From Candidatus Methylomirabilia bacterium (GTDB lineage Bacteria > Methylomirabilota > Methylomirabilia > Rokubacteriales > CSP1-6): a DNA stretch of 32,798 nt. Location of the stretch: the NCBI GenBank assembly GCA_046758965.1, contig JBHIBG010000025.1, positions 1 through 32,798 on the forward strand, given 5' to 3'. Made by a program: the position numbers and the translations under genes. Under the pieces are notes generated by a model. The model was not told the origin of the DNA and did no database searches. It saw nothing but the letters and a program-made list of their open reading frames with translations. Of the stretch, positions 8,212-17,609 are shown piece by piece (position 1 is the first letter of the stretch; each line of letters opens with the position of its first letter).

Positions 8212-9741
8212 ATGCAGATCTCTCTCGATCGCTCCAAGCCAATCCCGCTGGCCACGCAGATTCGTCTCCACCTGGAGCGGCTCATTCGGGAGGGGCTGCT
8301 CCCGCCGGGGGTGAAGCTTCCGGCTTCAAGGGAGTTGGCCGGAGCCCTCGGGGTCAACCGGGGGACCGTGAGTCTGGTCTATGAAGAGCTGGTCGCCTCC
8401 GGCCTGGTCCGGGCCCGCGTCGGACAGGGGACATTCGTGGCCGGCGACGGCCGTGGCCCCGGCCCAGAGCCCAAGCCCTCGCCGCCGGTGCAGATCGACT
8501 GGTCCGGGCTTTTCTCCAAAAGCTCCCAGCTTCTCATCGCCGACTCTCGCCGCCGCGAGCTCCATGGTCAGGGGATCCGGCCCACGGCCGGGGTGATTTC
8601 CTTTGCCGGCGGCATGCCCGACAGCCGTCTGTTCCCGACGGAGGCCTTCCGCAAGGTTCTGAATCGGGTGATCCGGGCCGAGGGGGCCGAGCTCCTCCAG
8701 TACTACCCTGTCGGGGGATACCCGTCGCTCCGGCGCTTCCTGTCTTCCTACCTGCTCCGCTTCGGGGTGGAGGCCCGGCCAGAGGAGATCCTGATCGTGA
8801 ACGGCTCGCAGCAGGGGTTCGACCTGATCGCCCGAACCCTGCTGGACCCGGGAGACTTCGTGGCCATCGAGGAGCCCACCTATCCTCGAGCCATTCAGGC
8901 CTTCCGCTCCTTCGGGGCCCAACTCCTTCCGGTGCCCCTGCACGAGGGTGGGCTCAGGCTGGATCTCCTCGAGCAGATTCTGGAACGGCGTACTGCCAAG
9001 CTCCTATACTGTCAACCGAGCGCGCACAACCCGACCGGCCTCAGCATGCCCGCCCCGGCTCGGCGCCGGCTCCTGGAGCTGGCCAGGCGCTTTCAGATCC
9101 CCGTGGTGGAGGATGGCTTTGATGGAAGCCTCTTTTACGGCGAGCGCCCGCCGCCCCCGCTCAAGGCCGAGGACCCCACCGGGCTCGTCCTCTACATCGG
9201 CACGTTCTCTAAAATCCTCTTCCCCGGGCTACGCCTGGGCTGGCTGGTAGCCTCCCCGCCGGTGCTCGAACGGCTTGAGGCAGCCAAGCAGCTTGCGGAC
9301 CTCCACACGAGCCCGCTGATCCAGGCGGCGGTCTACCACTTCTGCCGGCATCGGCTCCTGGAGCGCCACCTCCGGCTCACGGCCGCCGAATACGGACGTC
9401 GACGGGCTCGGCTGTTGAGATCCCTCAAGGAGCGGATGCCCGCGGGAGTGACCTGGACCGGAGTACAGGGCGGGTTTTCGCTGCTCCTGACAGTTCCAGA
9501 GGGAATAGACACGGAGGCCCTTCTTCCGCGCGCCTGGGACCGGGGTGTTGCCTTCACTCCGGGAAGCGCGTTCTTTGTGGATGGGGGCGGGGAGCCAGCT
9601 CTCCGCCTCTCCTTCTCGGGGGTGCCGGTCTCGAAGATCGACGAAGGGGTGCGGCGGCTCGCGGGAGCGATCGCTGAGATGCTCAAGCGCCCGCGCAGCC
9701 GGTCCAGGAGGGAGGCCGCGGCGGGGCCGCCGCTCGTGTAG
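8212..9741 (+). CDS. pdxR: MocR/GabR-family PLP-binding transcriptional regulator, probably PdxR
   Basis: N-terminal GntR HTH (LPASRELAGALGVNRGTV...VGQGTFV) fused to an aminotransferase-like domain (GSQQG, HNPTG, IGTFSKILFPGLRLGW). Directly upstream of pdxS-pdxT; the symbol rests on that context. Confidence 0.85.
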   Translation: MQISLDRSKPIPLATQIRLHLERLIREGLLPPGVKLPASRELAGALGVNRGTVSLVYEELVASGLVRARVGQGTFVAGDGRGPGPEPKPSPPVQIDWSGLFSKSSQLLIADSRRRELHGQGIRPTAGVISFAGGMPDSRLFPTEAFRKVLNRVIRAEGAELLQYYPVGGYPSLRRFLSSYLLRFGVEARPEEILIVNGSQQGFDLIARTLLDPGDFVAIEEPTYPRAIQAFRSFGAQLLPVPLHEGGLRLDLLEQILERRTAKLLYCQPSAHNPTGLSMPAPARRRLLELARRFQIPVVEDGFDGSLFYGERPPPPLKAEDPTGLVLYIGTFSKILFPGLRLGWLVASPPVLERLEAAKQLADLHTSPLIQAAVYHFCRHRLLERHLRLTAAEYGRRRARLLRSLKERMPAGVTWTGVQGGFSLLLTVPEGIDTEALLPRAWDRGVAFTPGSAFFVDGGGEPALRLSFSGVPVSKIDEGVRRLAGAIAEMLKRPRSRSRREAAAGPPLV

Positions 9742-9820
9742 CTGAGGAGACCATTTCGGTGCGCACGACGGTGCGCCAACTCGGACATTGAGCCACAATC
9801 GACGGAAAAGGAGAAGCACG

Positions 9821-10702
9821 ATGGAAGTTGGAACGCTTCGACTCAAGGTGGGGCTGGCTGAGATGCTCAAGGGCGGGGTCATCATGGACGTGACCACGGC
9901 CAGGCAGGCGAAGATCGCCGAGGATGCCGGGGCAGTGGCCGTGATGGCCCTGGAGCGCGTCCCGGCCGACATCCGAGCCCAGGGCGGTGTTGCGCGAATG
10001 GCCGCGGTGAAGAAGATCAAGGAGATCATGGCTTCCGTCACCATCCCGGTCATGGCCAAGTGCCGGATCGGCCACTTCGTCGAGGCCCAGGTCCTCGAGG
10101 CGTTGGGGGTGGACTACATCGACGAGTCCGAGGTGCTGACGCCGGCCGATGAGCGCTTCCACGTGGACAAGCTCGCCTTCAAAGTGCCCTTCGTCTGTGG
10201 CGCGCGCGATCTGGGCGAGGCCCTGCGCCGGATCGGCGAAGGGGCAGCCATGATCCGCACCAAAGGGGAGGCCGGGTCCGGTAACATCGTGGAGGCGGTC
10301 CGGCACATGCGGAAGGTGACGGGTTCCATCAAGCGCCTCACCACCCTGGGAGCCGAGGAGCTGATGGCCGAAGCCAAGGAGCTGGGGGCCCCGTACGAGC
10401 TGGTTCGCTGGGTGGCCGACAACGCGCGCCTGCCGGTCCCCAATTTCGCGGCCGGCGGGATTGCCACCCCGGCTGACGCCGCGCTGATGATGCAGCTCGG
10501 AGCCGAGGCGGTCTTTGTCGGCTCGGGAATCTTCAAGTCCTCCGACGAGGCGGCTCGCGCCAGGGCCATAGTCCAGGCGACGACCCACTACAGGGACCCC
10601 GAAGTGCTGGCCAAGGTTTCCGAGGAACTCGGGGAGGCCATGCCTGGGATCGAGACCTCCAAGCTTGCCGACAAGGAGCTCCTGCAAACCCGCGGGTGGT
10701 AG
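9821..10702 (+). CDS. pdxS: Pyridoxal 5'-phosphate synthase lyase subunit
   Basis: [85 protein letters not shown] before ATG 9821. Confidence 0.97.
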   Translation: MEVGTLRLKVGLAEMLKGGVIMDVTTARQAKIAEDAGAVAVMALERVPADIRAQGGVARMAAVKKIKEIMASVTIPVMAKCRIGHFVEAQVLEALGVDYIDESEVLTPADERFHVDKLAFKVPFVCGARDLGEALRRIGEGAAMIRTKGEAGSGNIVEAVRHMRKVTGSIKRLTTLGAEELMAEAKELGAPYELVRWVADNARLPVPNFAAGGIATPADAALMMQLGAEAVFVGSGIFKSSDEAARARAIVQATTHYRDPEVLAKVSEELGEAMPGIETSKLADKELLQTRGW

Positions 10703-10714
10703 GCCGGAGGGAAG

Positions 10715-11296
10715 GTGAGAATCGGCGTCCTGGCCCTTCAGGGGGACTTCGCCCTTCACAGGCAGGCGCTCGACCGGATCGGCGTCGAGTCCGCGGAGGT
10801 GCGGAAGCCGTCGGGGCTTCAGGCCGTCGACGGCCTGATCATCCCTGGCGGCGAAAGCACCACGCTGCTCAAGCTTATGGAGGCCTGCGAGTTCGGCCGC
10901 GCGCTGGCGGAGTTTCATTCCGAGGGGAAGCTGATCTTCGGCACCTGCGCTGGGCTCATCGTCCTGGCTCGCGAGGTCCTGAACCCGACCCAGTCCTCTC
11001 TCGGGCTTATCGACGTCACCACCGAGCGAAACGCGTACGGCCGACAGAAGGAGTCCTTTGAGACGAGCGGGGAGGCTACCCTGGATGGTGGCCGGGACCG
11101 TCTCAAGATGGTCTTCATCCGCGCCCCTCGAATCCGCCGGGTCGGCCCCACGGTGACTCCGCTCGCCTTCCACGAGGGCGAGTGTGTGCTGGCACGGGAA
11201 GGCTCGGTGGTGGTTGCCACCTTCCACCCCGAGCTGACCGACGACGCCACGGTCCACCGGTATGTCTGCCGGATGGTGGGGGAATCCGGGCGCTGA
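10715..11296 (+). CDS. pdxT: Pyridoxal 5'-phosphate synthase glutaminase subunit
   Basis: IGVLALQGDF, IIPGGESTT, FGTCAGLI, RNAYGRQ.ESF, VFIRAP, FHPELT. Confidence 0.96.
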   Translation: MRIGVLALQGDFALHRQALDRIGVESAEVRKPSGLQAVDGLIIPGGESTTLLKLMEACEFGRALAEFHSEGKLIFGTCAGLIVLAREVLNPTQSSLGLIDVTTERNAYGRQKESFETSGEATLDGGRDRLKMVFIRAPRIRRVGPTVTPLAFHEGECVLAREGSVVVATFHPELTDDATVHRYVCRMVGESGR

Positions 11297-11307
11297 GGCG
11301 TTCAGCC

Positions 11308-12393
11308 ATGGCCTGGAGCGCGCCCCCGCCCCGCCGTGGGCACCCGTACTACATGTATGACGCCATCTACGCCCAGCCCGGGGCGATCCGGCTCGTGCTC
11401 CGCAACAACTCCGAGACCTTGACGGCTGCTGCCGCGCACCTCACGACGTTGGAACGGATCTTTCTCTCGGGGATCGGCACTTCTTGGCACGCATGCCTGG
11501 TGGGGGAGCTGCTCCTCTCGCAGATCGGTGGGTTGGGCCAGCGCGTGCGCGCCTTCCACTCCTTCGAGTTCAAGAACTACTGGCCGCGCCCGGACCCGGG
11601 GGTGGGCGTGATAGTCGTGAGCCATCGAGGGACCAAGCGCTTCTCGATCGAGGCCCTCCAGAAGGCGAAGGCCGGAGGCGCGGCAGGAGTGGTGATCACC
11701 GGCGTTGGAAGCGGTGAAAGGCTGAAGATCGCGGACTATCTGCTGACCACGGTGGAGCAAGAGAGCTCGGCCGCTCACACGATCAGCTATACGACCGCAC
11801 TCGCGCTCCTGGCTGGCCTGGCAGCAGAGATGCGAGGGCGCGAGGAGATCAGGGCGGCACTCGAGGGGATCCCAGACCAGCTGGCCGTACTCCTCGGCCA
11901 GGAGGCGTGGAAGGAGCTGGCGGTGCGCTTCGGGGACCGACGACGCTACTACTTTGTCGGCGGCGGCCCCAACACGGCGACCGCCTACGAGGCGGCCCTC
12001 AAGATGAACGAGGCCAACTACACGACGACGGTGGGCATGAACTGCGAGCAGGTGCTCCACGGACCGTGGGTGGCCATGGAGGCGAGCGATATGGTCTGGT
12101 TGATTGCGCCGCCTGGGCCGTCGTACGAACGCTGCGTGGCCCTCGCCAGGGCGGCGAAAGAGATCGGCACGCCCGTGGTCGGTATCGTGGAGGAAGGTGA
12201 TCGTGAACTCTCGGCACTGTCAGTCGAGACCGTGACCCTGCCACCGATCCCCGAGCTCCTGACCCCCCTTCTTGCGGTGGTGCCCCTCCAGCTCTTTACC
12301 TACCACCTGGCGCTCCAGCAGGGGACCAACCCGGACACCATGCGGGGCGACCAGCCAGCGCACGACCGAGCTCGGGCGGGCCTGTCGCTCTAG
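11308..12393 (+). CDS. Double-SIS-domain sugar-phosphate isomerase/deaminase/deglycase (GlmS C-terminal-like, no glutaminase domain)
   Basis: GIGTSWHA, VSHRG, AHTISYT, EAALKMNE, LHGP and VPLQLFTYHLALQQGTNPD motifs. Start reassigned to ATG 11308. Confidence 0.85.
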   Translation: MAWSAPPPRRGHPYYMYDAIYAQPGAIRLVLRNNSETLTAAAAHLTTLERIFLSGIGTSWHACLVGELLLSQIGGLGQRVRAFHSFEFKNYWPRPDPGVGVIVVSHRGTKRFSIEALQKAKAGGAAGVVITGVGSGERLKIADYLLTTVEQESSAAHTISYTTALALLAGLAAEMRGREEIRAALEGIPDQLAVLLGQEAWKELAVRFGDRRRYYFVGGGPNTATAYEAALKMNEANYTTTVGMNCEQVLHGPWVAMEASDMVWLIAPPGPSYERCVALARAAKEIGTPVVGIVEEGDRELSALSVETVTLPPIPELLTPLLAVVPLQLFTYHLALQQGTNPDTMRGDQPAHDRARAGLSL

Positions 12394-12469
12394 GGCAACG
12401 GCGAGGTGGGCAGCCGACCTGAGCGCGATCTCGCTCGAGACTTGCGGATCCATTTGGCAACAGTGGGGG

Positions 12470-12519
12470 TTGACAAGAGCGCGCCGTATCAGCGATTATG
12501 TGGTCAGACCAGCCGACCA
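12470..12519 (+). promoter_or_regulatory. Sigma70-like promoter with adjacent FadR/GntR-type operator
   Basis: TTGACA (12470-12475), N18, GATTAT (12494-12499), then the palindrome TGGTCAGACCA (12501-12511) and an extra GACCA half-site (12515-12519). Confidence 0.65.
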
Positions 12520-12565
12520 CGCCGCCACTGTCACAGCTTGCCGACTCCGAGGTGCGGAGGATTAC

Positions 12566-13804
12566 ATGGCTCACTTGATTTGCGAAGTCGTGTACCGGGG
12601 CATTTTTCAGAAGAACCTGGCCTCGCGCATTACGCGGGGAATCGTGCTGTCCGCGCGGAAGTCCGGGCGGTGGGGGATCGCCTTCGGCCGTTACGGGGAC
12701 AGCCCCCAGCGGAATGGCATCCCCGCCAAGGACTTCTCCATCGTGGCGGACTCCCAGGAGGAGTTGGAGCAGCACATGGCTCGTTACGAGCCCAAGGAGC
12801 TCCACGTCACCATCTGCGTAGACGACACCCTGTGCAAGGGGGTGGAGTCCTGGGCCTGGTACGGGCTTCAGCCGATCAACCGGCTGCTTCTCCCCAACGG
12901 GCATCTTCTCGTCACCTCCACGGAGACCGCCGAGGACCTCCTGAAGGATGCCCATAAGAAGGCCACCCCCTACTCCATCTGGATCCTCCGCGGGAAGGCC
13001 TCCTTCGCGGGGCTCTGGGTCTACAAAGAGGACCACACCGAGGTGCGGATCCTCGGCGCCCTGGCCAGGATCGCGCCCCAGTTTCTCACCATCGAGGCGG
13101 TGTCGGAGGCCGTCAGGGAGGCGGAATGGGGGTCGGAGCTGAAGGTCGAGTCCGCGCGGAAGGCCTACGAGCGGATCGACGGGCGCCCGGTAAAGCCTAC
13201 CGAGGGGAACTCCGAGATCCCGTACGCCTTCGAGATGCCCCGGTGGTGGGAGATGCGCGAGGGCGTGACGATCCCCTCTCTGCCGGTGGGGAAGCCGATC
13301 GAGGGGGGAAAGGGCTATCGGCCCGAGCGAAGCTCGGTCTTCAAGAAGTTCTCGACCCGCACGATGCGGCCGGTGGTGGACTTCGATACGTGCGTCAAGT
13401 GCACCCTCTGCTGGCTCCAGTGCCCGGATTCCTGCTTCGACGTGACGCCAGACGGCCTCTACGACGCCAACATGGAGTCCTGCTGCGGCTGCGGCGTCTG
13501 CGAGGCCGTCTGCCCGGTGGATAACTGCATCACGATGGTGAACGAGGCCGCCTTCGAGGACAACGCCAGCCAGTGGGAGATGTGGCGGAAGGATAAGGAG
13601 GGGTACAAGGCCTGGCTCGGGGCGAAGATCACCGACAAGGTCCACGTCGGTCGCTCCCACGGCTTCCGCTACCGCGGGCAGTATCAGGAGGAGCTCACCT
13701 CGGGCGAGCTGGAGCTGGGTGGGGCGCCCCTTGCCAGCGGCATTCCGGGAGAGAACGCTGCTCGGAAGGGGCTGGTCTCGACCGGTCGGGAGGAGAAGTC
13801 GTGA
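12566..13804 (+). CDS. 2-oxoacid:ferredoxin oxidoreductase fused gamma/ferredoxin subunit (oxalate oxidoreductase delta-like)
   Basis: GGAGG RBS before ATG 12566. Divergent gamma-like N-terminal domain plus two 4Fe-4S motifs (CVKCTLCWLQCP, CCGCGVCEAVCP). Confidence 0.85.
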   Translation: MAHLICEVVYRGIFQKNLASRITRGIVLSARKSGRWGIAFGRYGDSPQRNGIPAKDFSIVADSQEELEQHMARYEPKELHVTICVDDTLCKGVESWAWYGLQPINRLLLPNGHLLVTSTETAEDLLKDAHKKATPYSIWILRGKASFAGLWVYKEDHTEVRILGALARIAPQFLTIEAVSEAVREAEWGSELKVESARKAYERIDGRPVKPTEGNSEIPYAFEMPRWWEMREGVTIPSLPVGKPIEGGKGYRPERSSVFKKFSTRTMRPVVDFDTCVKCTLCWLQCPDSCFDVTPDGLYDANMESCCGCGVCEAVCPVDNCITMVNEAAFEDNASQWEMWRKDKEGYKAWLGAKITDKVHVGRSHGFRYRGQYQEELTSGELELGGAPLASGIPGENAARKGLVSTGREEKS

Positions 13805-13868
13805 GCACTCGTCACGAGGGCCGCCCCGGCTTCAGGGCGCCTCACCTGACCGAGGGGAGGAACGGTTC

Positions 13869-15098
13869 ATGTCAGTGGTAGCCCAAGCGGCTTCGGCCGC
13901 CGTTCAAGAACAAGAGATGCTGATCTCCGGCAGCGAGGCGATCGCCGAGGCCTTGGCACTCGCCGACCTCGACGTCGTCACCGCGTACCCGATCAGGCCG
14001 TACGACACGGTCATGCAGGCGATCGCGAAGAAGATCGCCAACGGCAAGCTCGTGGCCGAGTACATCGTGGCCGAGGGGGAGCACAGCCAGTTCGAGGTCG
14101 TCAAGCACGCCTCCACGGTGGGGGCGCGCGTCTTCTGCGGCTCCTCGGGGGTCGGGTGGATGTACGCCATGGAAGCCATCACGGTGACGCCGGCGCTCAG
14201 GGTGCCGATGGTCGCCATGGTCGGCAACCGCGCCCTCGACGACCCGGGCGCGTTCGGCGTCGAGCACAACGACGCGCTCTCCGTCCGGGACCTGGGGTGG
14301 CTGCTCTGCTGGGTCGACAGCTCCCAGGAGGCGCTGGACACCACGCTGATCGCCTACCGGGTGGCCGAGGACCGGCGAGTCCTCCTCCCCATCGCGATCT
14401 CCGCCGACGGCGCCTTCCTGACCCATTCGCAGGCACTCACCCGGGTGCCGTCCAAGGCCCTAGTGGAGAAGTTCCTGCCGCCGTACAACCGCGGCGACCT
14501 CCTGCTCCATCCCGACAACCCCATCACCGTCGCCCCCCAGGTGAACGAGGATTGGGTGATCGAGATCCGTCGCCAGAACAATGCGGCGACCGAGCGGGCC
14601 TACACGGTGATCGAGGAGGCGTACGCCGATTTTCGTCGGATTTTCGGCCGAGGCCCGGAGAACCCGTGGTTCGAGGAGTACATGACGGAGGATGCGGAAG
14701 TCGTCCTGATGGGGATGGGGACCCTCTCCCTTCCCGTGAAGGTGGCGATCCGCAAGATGCGCGAGGAGGGGAAAAAGGTCGGGCTGATCCGGCTGCGCTG
14801 GTTCCGCCCGTTCCCCTATGAGCAGCTTGTCGGGGCGCTCCGCAGGGCCAAAGCTATCGGGGTGATCGACCGTGACTACTCCTTCGGCGCCCCCTTCGGC
14901 TCAGGCGTGGTGGCCACCGAGGTGCGGGCGGCCCTCTACAACGCCGACCATCGGCCACCACTGATCGGGTTCATTTGCGGACTGGGCGGCCGGGAGGTGA
15001 CGCTGGAGGATGTCTATAAGGCCACCGAGATCTCTTACGGCGCAGCGAAAGCTGGCCGGGCCGAGCAGACAACTTACTGGCTCGGCGTGCGCGACTAG
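13869..15098 (+). CDS. 2-oxoacid:ferredoxin oxidoreductase alpha subunit (YPIRP type, oxalate oxidoreductase-like)
   Basis: SGSEAIA, AYPIRPY, EGEHSQ, GSSGVG, NRALDDPG, FRPFP, GLGGREV. GGAGGA RBS before ATG 13869. Confidence 0.92.
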   Translation: MSVVAQAASAAVQEQEMLISGSEAIAEALALADLDVVTAYPIRPYDTVMQAIAKKIANGKLVAEYIVAEGEHSQFEVVKHASTVGARVFCGSSGVGWMYAMEAITVTPALRVPMVAMVGNRALDDPGAFGVEHNDALSVRDLGWLLCWVDSSQEALDTTLIAYRVAEDRRVLLPIAISADGAFLTHSQALTRVPSKALVEKFLPPYNRGDLLLHPDNPITVAPQVNEDWVIEIRRQNNAATERAYTVIEEAYADFRRIFGRGPENPWFEEYMTEDAEVVLMGMGTLSLPVKVAIRKMREEGKKVGLIRLRWFRPFPYEQLVGALRRAKAIGVIDRDYSFGAPFGSGVVATEVRAALYNADHRPPLIGFICGLGGREVTLEDVYKATEISYGAAKAGRAEQTTYWLGVRD

Positions 15099-15110
15099 GG
15101 AGGCCCATCC

Positions 15111-16127
15111 ATGGATGAGACGACCACCTTCACGAACACCACGCAGCTCCTGGAGCCCTTCAAGGGGGTCAAGAAGGTCACCATCGAGGAGTACTTCTCC
15201 TCTGGCCACCGGACCTGCCAGGGGTGCGAGTCCGCCCTGGTCATGAAGCTGATGGTCAAGGCCGCTGGCCCTCGGACCATCGTGCTGGGCTCTACCGGCT
15301 GCATGTACGTGGCGAACACGACCTACTACAGCACGCCGTGGGTGGTGCCCTGGATGCATACCCAGCTCGGCTCCTCGGGCTCCGCGGCCCTCGGGACCGC
15401 AGCCGGGCTCAAGATCCTGATGAAGAAAGGGAAGATGAAGGCGGAGCCGATCAACGTCATCGCCTTCTGCGGGGACGGGGGCGGCGCCGACATGGGCCTG
15501 GGAGCGATCTCCGCGACGCTCACGCACAAAGAGTACAATTCGCTCGTGCTGCTGTACGACAACGAGTCGTACGCCAACACCGACATCCAACTCTCCGGCT
15601 CGACGCCGTACGGCGCCCACACCACCTTCAGCCCGCCCGGCTCGGCCAAACGGATCATCCACACCCGCTGGAAGAAGAACACGGCCGGGATGCTGGCGGC
15701 GGGGCACCCCGAGTGCCGCTACGTGGCCACGGTCTGCGCCTCCTACGCCGTCGAGATGATGAACAAGGTCCGCAAAGCGCTGGCGATCGGCGGCCCTACC
15801 TTCATCCACTCCCTCGACCCCTGCCCGAAAGGGTGGGACTACGACCCCATGCTCTCCCATGAGCTTGGTGAGCTGGCTGTAGAGACCGGGATCTGGCCGA
15901 TGTACGAGGTGGAGGACGGCCAGCTCAACTATTACGGGAAGACCAAGGCGATCCTGGACGGGCGGAAGCGAAAGCCGGTCCGAGAGTACCTCCTGAAGCA
16001 AGGCCGCTTCGCCCACTTCACAGAGGAAGACCTCGAGTACTTCCAGGCGAAGGTGGATGAGATGTGGGAGAAGTGGGAGATCCCCGGCGTGATTCCATTC
16101 CGAGGTGACCCGAGGCGGAGGGCCTAG
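15111..16127 (+). CDS. 2-oxoacid:ferredoxin oxidoreductase beta (TPP-binding) subunit, oxalate oxidoreductase-like
   Basis: GHRTCQGC, TGCMYVANT, GDGG...YDNESYANT TPP motif, PCPKGW. Confidence 0.92.
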   Translation: MDETTTFTNTTQLLEPFKGVKKVTIEEYFSSGHRTCQGCESALVMKLMVKAAGPRTIVLGSTGCMYVANTTYYSTPWVVPWMHTQLGSSGSAALGTAAGLKILMKKGKMKAEPINVIAFCGDGGGADMGLGAISATLTHKEYNSLVLLYDNESYANTDIQLSGSTPYGAHTTFSPPGSAKRIIHTRWKKNTAGMLAAGHPECRYVATVCASYAVEMMNKVRKALAIGGPTFIHSLDPCPKGWDYDPMLSHELGELAVETGIWPMYEVEDGQLNYYGKTKAILDGRKRKPVREYLLKQGRFAHFTEEDLEYFQAKVDEMWEKWEIPGVIPFRGDPRRRA

Positions 16128-16324
16128 CCAGGGGGCGAGAGATTCTTCGCTGAGTCGCGGGGTGAAAAGGGGTCAGGCACGCGACGGGCGTGACCCCGTC
16201 CCGCGTCCCTCTATCCCGGCCCCCACCGCCTCCCGGTCCCCCTCCTCCTTCATGGGGTGGGTCACCGGAGTTTCGAGTCGCCAGCCCCGGCTCGGTAACC
16301 ATAATTCTGACGCCATGCGCGCCC

Positions 16325-16353
16325 TTGACAGGGCTCCTTACTCTGCCTAGACT
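16325..16353 (+). promoter_or_regulatory. Sigma70-like promoter for tctCBA
   Basis: TTGACA (16325-16330), N17, TAGACT (16348-16353). Confidence 0.65.
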
Positions 16354-16553
16354 TGCCGCATGTTTCACGCCCGTAGGCTTCGGGCCGGGGGTGGCGGAGC
16401 GCTCAGGGAATCGGGTCCCGGGCAGGCCTCTCCCCTCGTTGACCACCCCGGCCGTGGGCGAAGGCGGGTGTCTGTGCGCGATCCCCCTGGCCGGCCAGAG
16501 AGGTCACTCGGCCAGGGAAAACCGGAAACCAGAATCTCAGCGAGGTAGACACC

Positions 16554-17591
16554 ATGAAAAGGCCTTACAGACTCGGAACATGGGGCGTTCTTGTCGGCGG
16601 GCTTCTGGGCATGTGCCTCCTCCCCTTCTGGCAGAATTCGGCTGCAGCCTGGGAACCCCGAAAGCCGGTTGAGTGGATCGTCATGGCCGGCAAGGGAGGC
16701 GGCGCCGACCGGATCAGTCGGCTCATGCAAGGCGTCATTCTCGAGAACAAGTGGGTTTCAAAGCCGATCACGGTGATCAACAAGCCCGGAGGGGCGGGAG
16801 CGGAAGCCCTGACGTACCTGATGCGGAAGGAGGGCGACCCGCACGTCCTGATGACCACCCTGAACAGCTTCTTCACCACTCCCATCCTGGCGAACCTGCC
16901 GGTGGACCATACCAAGATCACGCCGGTCGCCCGCATCGCCCTGGACACCTTCCAGCTCTGGGTCCATGCCGATTCTCGATGGCAAGTCGGGGATCCCTTC
17001 TCGTTCTTCGAGTTCTGCAAGGAGCGACCCGGCAAATGCAAGGTCTCCGGCACGGGGAAAGGGCAGGAGGACTCCATCGTCTTCTCCATGCTGGAGGACG
17101 AGTTTTCCGAACCCGGTAAGCCGCTCAGGTTCACCTATGTGCCGTACAAAGGGGGAGGTCGGGTTGCCAAGGCCCTGCTGGGGAAAGAGGGAGGCATCGT
17201 GGCCAACGTCAATAACCCTGCCGAAGCCATTGAGAACCTGAGGGCGGGTAAGTTTCGCTGCCTCGCCAGCTTCACGGCCAAACGGATCGAGCCCTTCCTC
17301 GGGTGCCCCACCTTCAAGGAGCTCGGCCACGACCTCCAGTACTACATGACCCGGGCCATCAACGCCCCCGGGAAGCTCACCAAGGCGCAGCAACAGTACT
17401 GGGTGGGTGTCGTGAAGAAGTTCTACGACTCCCCGAAGTGGCAGAGCTACATGTCACGAAAGGGACTCTCGGCTTCGTGGCTGGCCGGACCGGAGCTGGT
17501 CAAGTTCTATGCCGCAGAGACAGAGAAGCACAAGAAGCTGGTGAGCGGCATGTCCCCCCAACGGCGGGAAGAGGTCTTTGGCATCAAGTAG
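16554..17591 (+). CDS. tctC: Tripartite tricarboxylate transporter substrate-binding protein (TctC/Bug)
   Basis: Signal peptide (…NSAAA|WEP), GKGGGAD, INKPGGAGA, VPYKGGG. Followed by TctB- and TctA-like genes. Confidence 0.9.
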   Translation: MKRPYRLGTWGVLVGGLLGMCLLPFWQNSAAAWEPRKPVEWIVMAGKGGGADRISRLMQGVILENKWVSKPITVINKPGGAGAEALTYLMRKEGDPHVLMTTLNSFFTTPILANLPVDHTKITPVARIALDTFQLWVHADSRWQVGDPFSFFEFCKERPGKCKVSGTGKGQEDSIVFSMLEDEFSEPGKPLRFTYVPYKGGGRVAKALLGKEGGIVANVNNPAEAIENLRAGKFRCLASFTAKRIEPFLGCPTFKELGHDLQYYMTRAINAPGKLTKAQQQYWVGVVKKFYDSPKWQSYMSRKGLSASWLAGPELVKFYAAETEKHKKLVSGMSPQRREEVFGIK

Positions 17592-17609
17592 CCGGCTGAT
17601 CAGGAGCCA

